DNA from: an uncultured Phycisphaeraceae bacterium
GTDB lineage: Bacteria > Planctomycetota > Phycisphaerae > UBA1845
Assembly: GCA_964426945.1 (NCBI GenBank)
Contig: CAYRSS010000009.1
Location: 8,090-72,089 of the forward strand
Direction of reading: 5' to 3'
Length of the DNA stretch: 64,000 nt
Shown here: in pieces, positions 39,237-48,479 of the stretch
Layout of the letters: each line of letters opens with the position of its first letter
How positions within the stretch are numbered: position 1 is the stretch's first letter
Notes under the pieces: generated by a model
Told to the model about the DNA's origin: nothing
Databases searched by the model: none
The model's input: the letters and a program-made list of their open reading frames with translations, nothing else
Position numbers and translations under genes: made by a program

Positions 39237-39529
39237 TGTTCTTCCGCCGCCGCCGCGAAACCCTTCAGCAGATGCGGCAGCGTCTCATCCGCGAAACGGA
39301 ACTCGCGCTGCTGATCGGCCTGCGCCGCCCTGATCACGCCCCGCGGATTCCGGCAAAGGAAGTCGGCTCAGGCGGGTTCGATCCTGCCTTCGCCGAGGCG
39401 TTCTGGAGCGGGATTCTGGGCGACGTGACGGAACTCGCCGCGCACGGACGCTACCTGGAAGAGATTCGCGCTGAGCGCCGCTACGAAGCGGACACGCCAC
39501 ACCCCGCAGACGATGCCGATCCGGCTTAA
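39236..39529 (+). CDS. Hypothetical 97-aa protein
   Basis: ATG overlaps the upstream stop (TGATG). Basic N-terminus MFFRRRRETLQQ. No motif recognised. Confidence 0.4.
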   Translation: MFFRRRRETLQQMRQRLIRETELALLIGLRRPDHAPRIPAKEVGSGGFDPAFAEAFWSGILGDVTELAAHGRYLEEIRAERRYEADTPHPADDADPA

Positions 39530-39545
39530 GCCGAGGGGCACCCCG

Positions 39546-40388
39546 TCAGAAAGACGGCTGAAGCCGGCCGAAGGCAATGACCTCGTTCAGACTCCCGCTG
39601 CGCAGACCGCGCAGGTCGACCGCGACGTAGGCGTAGCCCAGCGAGCGCAAATGGGCATCGATGCGAGCGGCAAGGTCGGTCTCGGTCAGCCGCGGAATCT
39701 CGGCCGCAGGCACCTCGATGCGCGCCAGCCGATCGTGGTGGCGGACGCGGCACTCCGGAAAACCGAGTTCGTGCAGATAGGCCTCGGCGGCCTCGATCAT
39801 ACGAAGCTTCTCGACGGTGATCGCCTCGCCGTAGGGAACACGGCTGGAGAGGCACGGGCTGGCCGGCTTGTCCGCTGTCGGCAGTCCGTATCGCGCAGAA
39901 AGTATCCGCACCTCCGCCTTCGTCATCCCCGCCTCGGCGAGCGGCGCGCGGACGGCGTGCTCACCAGCGGCCTTAAGTCCGGGCCGGTAGTCGCCCAGGT
40001 CATCGGCGTTTACCCCGTTGATCAGCGCCTTCAGACCGCGCTCGGCGGCGAAGCGAGCCATGTGGCCGTAGAGCGTCGTCTTGCAGAAGTAGCAGCGATT
40101 CGAGGGGTTGGCGAGGTAGTTCGCGTTGTCGAACTCGTCGGTGGCGAGGACGACGTGTTCAGCGCCGAGCCGCTGCGCCAAGGCGCGGGCGGCGGCGAGT
40201 TCGGCCCGCGGCACGCTAGGGCTGTCGCTCGTCACCGCCACGACGCGGCCGGGCCCCAGCGCGTCGAGGGCGAGACGCAGTACCAGCGCGGAATCCACTC
40301 CGCCACTGAACGCCACGGCGACGCTGCCCATTTTGCGGAGCATCTCCGCGATGCTGGCCGCCTTGAGATCGACCTGCGAGTCGGTCAT
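39546..40388 (-). CDS. larE: LarE-like ATP-dependent sulfur transferase (PP-loop ATPase, TIGR00268-type)
   Basis: PP-loop AFSGGVDS. Three Cys in NRCYFCK and ASPCLSSR, as in the cluster-binding LarE subgroup. C-terminal RVRHHDRLARIEV. Confidence 0.75.
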   Translation of the reverse strand: MTDSQVDLKAASIAEMLRKMGSVAVAFSGGVDSALVLRLALDALGPGRVVAVTSDSPSVPRAELAAARALAQRLGAEHVVLATDEFDNANYLANPSNRCYFCKTTLYGHMARFAAERGLKALINGVNADDLGDYRPGLKAAGEHAVRAPLAEAGMTKAEVRILSARYGLPTADKPASPCLSSRVPYGEAITVEKLRMIEAAEAYLHELGFPECRVRHHDRLARIEVPAAEIPRLTETDLAARIDAHLRSLGYAYVAVDLRGLRSGSLNEVIAFGRLQPSF

Positions 40389-42061
40389 GGCGCGGCGTCG
40401 GCCTTCGGCTCGTCCGCCGACCGTGTCGCCGGCGAATCCAGAATGGGAAGCTTGTCCTGCTCGCGCACGATCTTGGTCAGCTCCAGCTCTTCCATCAGAA
40501 TCGCCGGAGCAATGATGCTCATGCCCACGCCGGCGAGGGAGTTGTGCACCTTGCGATCCTTGCTGCTGGCCAGAAGGCGCTTGAGCGCACGGACCTGCAC
40601 CGGCAGAAACTCGCAGCCGCGGATAGGTTCCTCGCGCCCATCGGCCACGTAGACCTTGAACGCCCGGATCGGGTCTCCGAGAGAGGCCATGCCCTGCTCG
40701 AGCGACTCGACGCGAATGCCGTATTCAAGCCCCTCTTCCTGGACAGCGGTCATGAACTCGGCCATCAGTTCATCGCGGCTCAGGCCCTCCTCGTCGCTGA
40801 AGTAGAGGCACGAGGGCGTCGCCTGCGGATCGCCGAAGCCCGACGTGCGGGCGTGGCCGGTCGTGCCTTTGACCTTCTTCGTCGGAGCCCGGCCCGCCAG
40901 CATGTTTTTGAGCAGGCCGCGCTCGACCACCGACACGCGCTGCGGCCGGACGGCTTCGTCATCGAATCGGTAGGCGCCGACAAGCACCTCGCCCTCAAAC
41001 TTCTTCGGTCCGGCGTCGTCCACCACGTCGTAGCTTCTCGGAAGGATGCGCAGCCCGAGCTTGCGCTCAAGGCTGTTGTCCATGCCGCGTCCACCCACCG
41101 GGACGGGCCGGGCGGCGAGTCCGTCAGCCAGCAGCGACTCAAAGACGACGCCGGCCGCAACTGGCTCGAACAGAATCGGGCCCGTGTACTGCTCCAGTAC
41201 CGTTCCGCCCGCGGTGGCGATCAGCGACGTGCAGAGCTTGTCGATGAGCGCCAGCATCTCATCCTGCGAAGGAAGGTCGGACTCCTCCTCGGCCAGGAAG
41301 GTCACTGAGTCGCTGAGGCGCATGCCGTCGGCCGCCTGAAGCTGGGCCTGGGCGCTGATGATCAGCCCCTTGTCACCCACGCGGAGGCGCGTCCCCTCGG
41401 AATTGACCGTGTACTGATTCACGACGCCGCCCGTAAGGCTGACGCTGGACTCCTGCACCTCAGGATAGCGCGCGAAACGCTCGGAAAGCTCGCGGATTCG
41501 GCCTTCCCAGGTGCCCACGCTGAAGTCCAGCTCCGGCGTCGGGTCCATGTGAACGATGGGTTCGGCCGGGGTGTAATCAACCGGGCGCTCTTCGTCCTCC
41601 TGCTTCGTGCGCAGGTACGCCGCCTTCTGCGCGAGCGTCTCGACGGCACCCTTGTAGTCGCGGTCGCAGGCGGTCCATACACCGTGGCAGATGGCGGTGT
41701 AATCGTCCTCGATGGGCAGCAGCGCGCCGCTGCCGAAGGATCGCATGAAGTTCGTGTTGTCGAACTCGTAGGAGCCGACGCGGATGCGCGTCAGCACGCG
41801 GCGACTGCGATCCTTGGACGACTGAACGAGCCCGCCGTAGGAGGCCGTGATGGTGTAGCCCAGCCGGTCATCCGCGCGGAACTGGATGAAATAAGGCTTG
41901 GGAAGGTCCTCCAGCATGAGCCCCTTCATCGAGCGGTCGAGCTCGTCGGCAAGAGCCCGCATCATCACGTCGTTGTCGGGCAGCGCGACGGAACCCGCCG
42001 ATGCGGGGGCGGCAAGAAACACGACCACACATACGGCGAACACGCGGTAAACGGGCAACAT
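40385..42061 (-). CDS. Secreted TldD/PmbA-family protein (PmbA/TldE-like, no HExxxH)
   Basis: Signal peptide VFAVCVVVFLAAPASAGS. Family-typical layout and C-terminal ...GVGMSIIAPAILMEELEL. No HExxxH motif seen. Confidence 0.8.
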   Translation of the reverse strand: MLPVYRVFAVCVVVFLAAPASAGSVALPDNDVMMRALADELDRSMKGLMLEDLPKPYFIQFRADDRLGYTITASYGGLVQSSKDRSRRVLTRIRVGSYEFDNTNFMRSFGSGALLPIEDDYTAICHGVWTACDRDYKGAVETLAQKAAYLRTKQEDEERPVDYTPAEPIVHMDPTPELDFSVGTWEGRIRELSERFARYPEVQESSVSLTGGVVNQYTVNSEGTRLRVGDKGLIISAQAQLQAADGMRLSDSVTFLAEEESDLPSQDEMLALIDKLCTSLIATAGGTVLEQYTGPILFEPVAAGVVFESLLADGLAARPVPVGGRGMDNSLERKLGLRILPRSYDVVDDAGPKKFEGEVLVGAYRFDDEAVRPQRVSVVERGLLKNMLAGRAPTKKVKGTTGHARTSGFGDPQATPSCLYFSDEEGLSRDELMAEFMTAVQEEGLEYGIRVESLEQGMASLGDPIRAFKVYVADGREEPIRGCEFLPVQVRALKRLLASSKDRKVHNSLAGVGMSIIAPAILMEELELTKIVREQDKLPILDSPATRSADEPKADAAP

Positions 42062-42119
42062 CAGGTACGACTCCGGCCTGGAGGTTCTCGAAACAGTCAG
42101 CGACAGCCCACGCGGCGCC

Positions 42120-43844
42120 CTATGGCTTCACGCCGAGAGGCGGCGGCATGATCGGGGGACGGCTCTGATCGCGCTGGCGCTTCTCGATCTCGATGGAGGA
42201 CACGAGAATGCTCGGCGAGATGGCCGCGACCGGCACCCATCCCGACTCTGCCCCGCAGGTGCCGTTGAACACGCCGTAGTCATCGCCGGTCATGATGATC
42301 TTTTCGAAACAGGACAGCGGCGTACCGACGATATCCACGCCGCGAACCAGCTCGTCGGGGCGTCCGTCGGCGTACACCTTGTACACCACGATCGGCAGAA
42401 CCTTGAACGACTGCGGCCCCTGACGGCTCGTCGTCGTGTAGCCGCCCGAGATGTCCTCGAAGAGCAGGCCGTAGGGCTTGCCCTGGCTGCGGCACTCCTC
42501 GATCAGCAACTCGCGCAGCCGGTCGAAGGGAACCTGCTTCGTCGATCGAACGGTGAGGTTGCCCTGTCGCGAGACGCAGGCGTTGCCCGGCGAGCGGCGG
42601 CCGTGACCCGTGCTCTTCGTGAATCCGGCCACGGGGCTCCGCGAGAGCAGGAACGTCTTCAGGATGCCGTTCTGCACAAGCTCCGCCCGGGTCGACTTCA
42701 CCCCTTCGTCATCGAAGAGGTAGTGGCCGCGGAGATCAATGTCGCCCTCACGCGCGACCGTCGGATCGTCGTAGACGCTGATGAAATCAGGCAGGACCGG
42801 CTGGTTGATCTTCTTGGTAAACGTCTGACCCTCGGTGACGTCCTTCTGACGGTGGCCCTCGATGCGATGGCCGAAGATTTCGTGGAAGAATACGCCGCTG
42901 GCGCGATTGCGCAGAATCGCCGGCCCGGTATAGGGCTCGACGAGCGGCGCCTCGCGCAGCGCGAGCACCTGGGCGATGACCTGACGGAAGGCCGCCTCGA
43001 TCTCCGCGTCGGTGGGCAGGCGATCAGCGGTCGCCGTGTTGAAGTCGGAGAACTGGCTGAGGTCCATGCCGTCCTCGGCCTTGGTGCCGGCCTCCATCGT
43101 GATGCGGAACCGCATCTGCGCGGTCTGAAGTCGGGTGCCCTCGCTCGTAACCATGTACCGATTGCCCGAATAGGCCGAGATGCCGACGCGCGAGGAGTAG
43201 ATCAGCGGGAAGTCGCGGGCGATCGCCGAGATTCGCCGGAGCCGCTCCGCCCACGCCTCGGCATCAAACTCGAGCGCGACCGTCGGCTCCAGATGGACGC
43301 TGGCTTCCTCGCGGGTGAAGTCGTGCGACTGGTCTTCTTCTTCGACCTTCACCTTGAGGTTCGTTCGAATCTGCTCAAGCCGCCGGGTGGCGGATTTGAA
43401 CTCGCGATCGGTATAGAACCACAGCGCATGCCGGATTGAGTCGGCGTTGTCCTCGATGGCGAGCGGGATGTTGCCGCTGCCATAGAACCGGTCGCTGCCC
43501 ATGCGGCCGCGGATCTGGTGCGTGTTGTCCAGCTCATAGGAGCCCACGCGGAGGTCGATGTTCAGGTCACGGCTCTTGTCGCTGGAGGAATCAAGCAGCG
43601 CGCCGAGCGTGGCGAAGACCTGCGCGGTGTTCTCCTCGTAGACCGAGTAGGCCAGGTAGTAGGGCTTCGTCCCGTCGCTGGAGACGAGTTTCTCCATGCC
43701 GTAATCAAGTTCGTCCTGCAGCAGCTTCATGATCGGCTTGGGCTGCGCGTCGGCCGCCTCGGCGAGTGCGGGAGCTGCGACCACGGCCGCGACGACCCAA
43801 AGCAGCCAACGGCTGGACGATTCGTTTCGAAGGAATGTACGCAC
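42120..43844 (-). CDS. Secreted TldD-like metallopeptidase
   Basis: GGAG then GTG 43844. Signal peptide WLLWVVAAVVAAPALAEA. HExxxH in FFHEIFGHRIEGH. C-terminal GTCGAESGWVPVAAISPSILV. The tracked 649-aa ORF overlaps the upstream gene and is an extension. Confidence 0.85.
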   Translation of the reverse strand: MRTFLRNESSSRWLLWVVAAVVAAPALAEAADAQPKPIMKLLQDELDYGMEKLVSSDGTKPYYLAYSVYEENTAQVFATLGALLDSSSDKSRDLNIDLRVGSYELDNTHQIRGRMGSDRFYGSGNIPLAIEDNADSIRHALWFYTDREFKSATRRLEQIRTNLKVKVEEEDQSHDFTREEASVHLEPTVALEFDAEAWAERLRRISAIARDFPLIYSSRVGISAYSGNRYMVTSEGTRLQTAQMRFRITMEAGTKAEDGMDLSQFSDFNTATADRLPTDAEIEAAFRQVIAQVLALREAPLVEPYTGPAILRNRASGVFFHEIFGHRIEGHRQKDVTEGQTFTKKINQPVLPDFISVYDDPTVAREGDIDLRGHYLFDDEGVKSTRAELVQNGILKTFLLSRSPVAGFTKSTGHGRRSPGNACVSRQGNLTVRSTKQVPFDRLRELLIEECRSQGKPYGLLFEDISGGYTTTSRQGPQSFKVLPIVVYKVYADGRPDELVRGVDIVGTPLSCFEKIIMTGDDYGVFNGTCGAESGWVPVAAISPSILVSSIEIEKRQRDQSRPPIMPPPLGVKP

Positions 43845-43965
43845 GGCGATCTCCGCTGGGGAAAAGGTCTGGCCCTTGGCCGATGTGATTATCGCGGAGG
43901 ACGACGGGGTGTCCAGCACGAGGCGGGGCTTCGAGCAGGTCGCGGCCGCGGCGCTCGCGCTCGAC

Positions 43966-45462
43966 CTATTCAGGGGCGTCTTCGATGACGGGCGCAGGAC
44001 CGGTGTCGGTGGAATCGCCCTCCGCATCGGGGTCCTGCTCTTCGTCGCCGCCGAGATAGCCGAGGCCACCGAGGCGATTGGCCATGCCCGCGTTCAGGTT
44101 GACCAGGCAGTCCGGCAGGCGGAGGGTCGCCTTCAACGCTCCGGCCTGTTTCAGCGCAGCGTCAAGGGCGGCAATGTCCGCAATGATGGACGGCGTCATG
44201 CTCGCCGCGGGGGAGGACTCTGCCGGATCGGCGGCCAGATCGTAGTACTCCCAGGCATTGCGGCTGGGAATGCCCGTCAGCTTGCGCGTGTTGGACCTGA
44301 GCCCGCGGAGGTCATTCTTGTCGATCAGCAGCTCGACGAGGGCATCGGCCGGCGGCAAGCTTTCCTGCCCGGTGAGCAGCGGCGTGATATCGCGGCCGGA
44401 GATCGGGTGCGTGAGCGGCACCTTGGCCGCGGCCAGCAGCGTCGGCATGAGGTCGACGAGGCGGACCTGGTCTTCGACCTGCACGCCCGACCGATACCGG
44501 CCCGCCCAGCGAACGATCAGCGGCACCTTGACGACCTCGTCGTAGAGCGTCCGGTGATGGCCCTTGCGGCCGTGTTCGAAGAATTCCTCGCCGTGGTCGG
44601 CGGTGATGACCACGATCGCGTTGGCGAGCCGCCCCTTGCGGTCGAGCGCGCCGAGAATCTCGCTGATGATATCGTCCGTGAAGCGGATTTCCCCGTCATA
44701 CCGCGCGAGCAGGTGTTCCAGATCACGCCGCGGCATCCCGGCGTGAATCGACGTATCGCTCATGAAGCTTCGGCCCGTGACCGGACCGGTGTACCCGGGA
44801 TCGAAGAGGTCAACGTACTTCTGCGGCGGGATGAAATCGTAGTGGACATCCCAGAGGTGGATGAACGCGAAGATCGGCTTGTCGCTCGCCTGGTCCAGCC
44901 ACTTGAGGAACGCATCGCGCGTTCGCGGACCGGTGATGTCATCGTGTGACGCGCTGTCGGACTGGCCCGCATCGGCGATGATGGCGGCATCGGTGTTGTC
45001 GCCGGGCAGCGGCGTCATGCAGTTGAAATAGTGATCGAAACCCTGCGCGAAGCCGAAGGCCGGGTGCAGATAGGGCCCGCCGAAGAACCCGACCGTCTGG
45101 TAGCCCGCATCACGGAGCATCTCGGGCAGCAGGATCGTCTCGTCGCAGAGCCGTCGCCCGTTGTCGTACGCGCCGTGGACCGAGTCGTACAGGCCGCTGA
45201 GCATGGCTGCGTGCGCGGGCAGCGTCCACGAGGTCGTGCTGACCGCGTTGCGAAACAGGACACCCTCGCGCGCGAGCGAGTCAACGTACGGGCTCGTGTC
45301 GCGCTCGTGGCCATAGCAGCCGAGGTGATCCGGCCGAAGCGAGTCGATGGAGATCAGGATGATGTCCGGCGGCGGACCGCCCTGCAGGAACCGCAGGACG
45401 CCCACGAGGACGAGCGACACGAGCAACAGAGCATACAGCGATTGGGACTTCCGGCGTTTCAT
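43966..45462 (-). CDS. Sulfatase-like hydrolase/transferase (alkaline-phosphatase superfamily), Thr-type active-site motif
   Basis: N-terminal TM, ILISIDSLRPDHLGCYG metal-site motif, TSWTLPAHAAMLSGLY at the nucleophile position, and VVITADHGEEFFEHG. Confidence 0.8.
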   Translation of the reverse strand: MKRRKSQSLYALLLVSLVLVGVLRFLQGGPPPDIILISIDSLRPDHLGCYGHERDTSPYVDSLAREGVLFRNAVSTTSWTLPAHAAMLSGLYDSVHGAYDNGRRLCDETILLPEMLRDAGYQTVGFFGGPYLHPAFGFAQGFDHYFNCMTPLPGDNTDAAIIADAGQSDSASHDDITGPRTRDAFLKWLDQASDKPIFAFIHLWDVHYDFIPPQKYVDLFDPGYTGPVTGRSFMSDTSIHAGMPRRDLEHLLARYDGEIRFTDDIISEILGALDRKGRLANAIVVITADHGEEFFEHGRKGHHRTLYDEVVKVPLIVRWAGRYRSGVQVEDQVRLVDLMPTLLAAAKVPLTHPISGRDITPLLTGQESLPPADALVELLIDKNDLRGLRSNTRKLTGIPSRNAWEYYDLAADPAESSPAASMTPSIIADIAALDAALKQAGALKATLRLPDCLVNLNAGMANRLGGLGYLGGDEEQDPDAEGDSTDTGPAPVIEDAPE

Positions 45463-45475
45463 GGTGCGGCCGACG

Positions 45476-46192
45476 CTACAGACCGAAGATCATCGCCCCG
45501 CCGCAGGCCGCGATTGCGAACCCGCCAAGGGCGTGCGAGTAGCGTTCCATCAGGCCGATCGGCAGGAACCGGACCCCGAAACACCCGGCGGCAACCGCAA
45601 CAAGCATCGTGCCGATCGTGCAGACCGCGAACACCGCGATAACCAGCGCCGCAGCCCCAGCACTCTTCGCCATCGCAGGCACCATCAGCATCGGGATCAG
45701 CACCTCGCAGGGGCCGAACACGAAGATCGTGAACAGAATCCACGGCGTCATGCGGCTGGCGCTCCTGCCCGCTTCGTGAACATGGGCGTGGGCCCCGTGG
45801 TGGTCATGGTCGTGGCTGTGGACCGTGCCGTCCTCGTGCGCATGCACGTGTGCGTGGCGATGACCGCGAGCTGCCCGGCGGAAACCCCAGACCATGTACG
45901 CCAAGCCGAAGCCTAGCAACAGCCAACCCGCCACGGTCCCTCGCGAGCCCTCAATGTCGACCATCTTTTCGAGCGCCCAACCCAACCCAGCGCCGAGACT
46001 TCCGATTACCACGGAGCTCAGCACGTGTCCGAGCCCACAGAGAACGGTAACCAGCGCGGTCTTGCGAAACGACCAGTTCCCCGCGCGCGACATCGCGACG
46101 AAGGGAACATAGTGATCCGGACCCGCCAGGGTATGCCCGACGGCGAGCGTCGCGGCCGTCACAAGCAGCATGATCAGCGTCTGGTCTTCCAT
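45476..46192 (-). CDS. Putative Ni/Co-type metal transporter (HupE/UreJ- or NicO-like) with His-rich loop
   Basis: GGAGG then ATG 46192. GHTLAGPDH (HxxxGxDH-like) in TM1. Central loop RGHRHAHVHAHEDGTVHSHDHDHHGAHAHVHE. About 6 TM helices. The tracked 345-aa ORF is an extension into folK. Confidence 0.6.
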   Translation of the reverse strand: MEDQTLIMLLVTAATLAVGHTLAGPDHYVPFVAMSRAGNWSFRKTALVTVLCGLGHVLSSVVIGSLGAGLGWALEKMVDIEGSRGTVAGWLLLGFGLAYMVWGFRRAARGHRHAHVHAHEDGTVHSHDHDHHGAHAHVHEAGRSASRMTPWILFTIFVFGPCEVLIPMLMVPAMAKSAGAAALVIAVFAVCTIGTMLVAVAAGCFGVRFLPIGLMERYSHALGGFAIAACGGAMIFGL

Positions 46193-46269
46193 CGTCCTCC
46201 GCCAGTTCGGATCACCCCGTGCCGCGCGCGGCCAAGCTGGCACGCCGCGACGACACGGGACGAGGCATC

Positions 46270-46839
46270 TTATCCACCGGCATGCGGCATGCCAATCGTC
46301 GGCGTGGGTTCGGGAGATTGCGTCCAGTTCGGTGGTCCTACCCGACGGACCGCGTTCGGCGGCTCCCGGCGTTCGACCTCCCGCAACAGTTGGGCAATGG
46401 TCCGATGGCGCGTCGGGTGGGTCACGTCCGCCGCGATGTCCGACATCGGCGCGAGGACGAAGAGCCGTTCGGCCATGCGCGGATGCGGAAGAGTTAAGCG
46501 CTCTCCCTCGCAAACAAGGTCGCCATACAGCAGAAGGTCCAGGTCGATCACCCGCGGACCGCCCCGCCGGTCGCGCCGGCGGCCGAGCCGCGACTCGACA
46601 GTCAGCAAACCAGCCAGCAGATCTTCCGCCGCCAACAGGGTCCGCAGCCGAAGCGCGGAGTTGAGAAACAGCTCCGGGCCGGCGGCCTCACCCACGGGCG
46701 TGGTCTCGTAAAGCCCCGCCGCATCGACCCCCGGGTCGATGTCGACCCCCGGCAGCGCCTCCAAGGCGGTTACGGCGGCGCGCATCGCGGCCAGCCGATC
46801 CCCCAGATTCGAGCCGATTCCGACGTAGGCGGTAATCAT
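46270..46839 (-). CDS. folK: 2-amino-4-hydroxy-6-hydroxymethyldihydropteridine diphosphokinase
   Basis: AYVGIGSNLGDR, RPRVIDLDLLLYG and LTLPHPRMAERLFVL signatures. Confidence 0.9.
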   Translation of the reverse strand: MITAYVGIGSNLGDRLAAMRAAVTALEALPGVDIDPGVDAAGLYETTPVGEAAGPELFLNSALRLRTLLAAEDLLAGLLTVESRLGRRRDRRGGPRVIDLDLLLYGDLVCEGERLTLPHPRMAERLFVLAPMSDIAADVTHPTRHRTIAQLLREVERREPPNAVRRVGPPNWTQSPEPTPTIGMPHAGG

Positions 46840-46983
46840 GGTCCCCGGACTGCCCCACCATCGGGGCGAAAGTGCGGCTTGCGGCGCTAACAGGCGGCCC
46901 GCAGCAACGTCGTAGAAGCTGGAAGCAGACGGGGACTACGAGGCCCCCGATCCGAAGCTTGTCGTGCCGGGAGGATCCGACCC

Positions 46984-48420
46984 ATGTTCAGTCACGTTAC
47001 CCGATGGCACATGATAGCGCTTGGCGCCCTGGCGTCCATGGCGCCCATCGGCCCCGCCGCGGCGGATGAACCCGAACCCCGGACCGTTGCGCTCCGGGGC
47101 ACCGAGTTGGAGGTCTGGCCTGCGGAAGACCTCATCAGCCGGGGATTCGCCATCCAGCGCGTCCCGCGGGAGGAAAACGCCGCCTGGCTCTATATCGAAG
47201 CGGCCAACACCTATCCCGACGTCCCCGAGGAACTGGTCGATGCCTTTCAATACGCCGTCGGCAAGGGCTGGCCGTCCGGCGTCGCCGCGCTCGACGACTA
47301 CTTCGCCCGGGAGGATACGCGCAAGGCCATCGAACTCGCCATGCGCGCGTCGGGAATCGAGCGCTGCCAGATGCCCTACTTCGGCGATCCCGACGGCAGC
47401 GTCATCGGTGTACTGCTGCCGAACCTGACGCACATGCGCCAGTTATCAAAGATGATGACCGCCGACGGCCGACGGCTCGAAGCTCAGGGCAGAATTGACG
47501 AGGCGATTGATCGCCACCTGGGCACCATGCGACTCGGCGCCCACGCGGCCGAGGGCTTCACGCTCATCGAGGGGCTCGTCGGCGTCGCGGTCTGGACGCT
47601 CGGCAATGGCGCCCTGCGGGACCTGGCCCTGCGGCCCGACATGACGGCCGCACAGCTCGACCGCATCGCCCGCGAGCTCGACCGTCTCGCACCACGCGTC
47701 CCCACCGCCGAGCGCGGGCTCGAGGGCGAGCAGCGCTTTGGCCCGGCGGTGGTTGACGAGGTCGCGTCGCGACCCTTCAACCTGCTGCGCATCGACTATT
47801 ACACGGCGGCCTCAGGGCCTGAGGACCTTCTCATCGGTTCAATCAACAACACGCGGCCCAAGGACGGCTGGGGCCGGCTTGAGCGGCGGATAGGGACGCT
47901 GCTCTTCCCGGATCGCACGATCAAGGGCCACATGGCGGAGTTCTACAAGCACCAGAAGACCCTGGCGCGGACCCCCATGAGCGACACCGCCCGCAGCTTC
48001 AACGAGGAGAACTTCATCACCCGCGAACTGCCGCAGTGGGACGTCCTCTCCCGGGCCATGCTGCCGGCGCTGTCCCGCGCCGTGCACCTCGGGCTTGCGT
48101 GCAGGGCACGGTTCAACATCGCACGCACGGCGGTTGCCCTGCGTCAGCACGCACTCGCCCACGAAGGCGTGCATCCGGAATCTCTCGAGGAACTCGGCAA
48201 GCGAATGCCGGCCGAGCTCATGACCGACCCCATGACCGGCGAGCCGCTGCGCTACCGTCGCAGCGACGCCGGCTGGGTGCTCTACGGCCTCGGCCCTAAC
48301 ATGAAAGACGACGGGGGCCTCGAAGACGCCGAACACCGGTGGGATGCGTACGACATCGCCCTCACCTACCCGCTCCCGATCGTCGAGCCCTTCGCCGCGA
48401 CCGTCAGTGAGTCGAACTAG
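46984..48420 (+). CDS. Hypothetical secreted protein
   Basis: GGAGGA upstream and signal peptide MIALGALASMAPIGPAAA. Mostly helical. No family recognised. Confidence 0.6.
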   Translation: MFSHVTRWHMIALGALASMAPIGPAAADEPEPRTVALRGTELEVWPAEDLISRGFAIQRVPREENAAWLYIEAANTYPDVPEELVDAFQYAVGKGWPSGVAALDDYFAREDTRKAIELAMRASGIERCQMPYFGDPDGSVIGVLLPNLTHMRQLSKMMTADGRRLEAQGRIDEAIDRHLGTMRLGAHAAEGFTLIEGLVGVAVWTLGNGALRDLALRPDMTAAQLDRIARELDRLAPRVPTAERGLEGEQRFGPAVVDEVASRPFNLLRIDYYTAASGPEDLLIGSINNTRPKDGWGRLERRIGTLLFPDRTIKGHMAEFYKHQKTLARTPMSDTARSFNEENFITRELPQWDVLSRAMLPALSRAVHLGLACRARFNIARTAVALRQHALAHEGVHPESLEELGKRMPAELMTDPMTGEPLRYRRSDAGWVLYGLGPNMKDDGGLEDAEHRWDAYDIALTYPLPIVEPFAATVSESN

Positions 48421-48479
48421 TCCCCGGCGAACACGACGCCTCGTGACCTGACAAGCTGCCACTCATTGCAGACAGGACC

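Noticed and set aside
46193-46269. NiCo (czcD-type) riboswitch upstream of the His-rich transporter
   Set aside because: There are only 77 nt between the folK stop and the transporter start, too short for the four-way-junction riboswitch of about 90-100 nt. Only one simple hairpin (CGTGCC…GGCACG) is visible.
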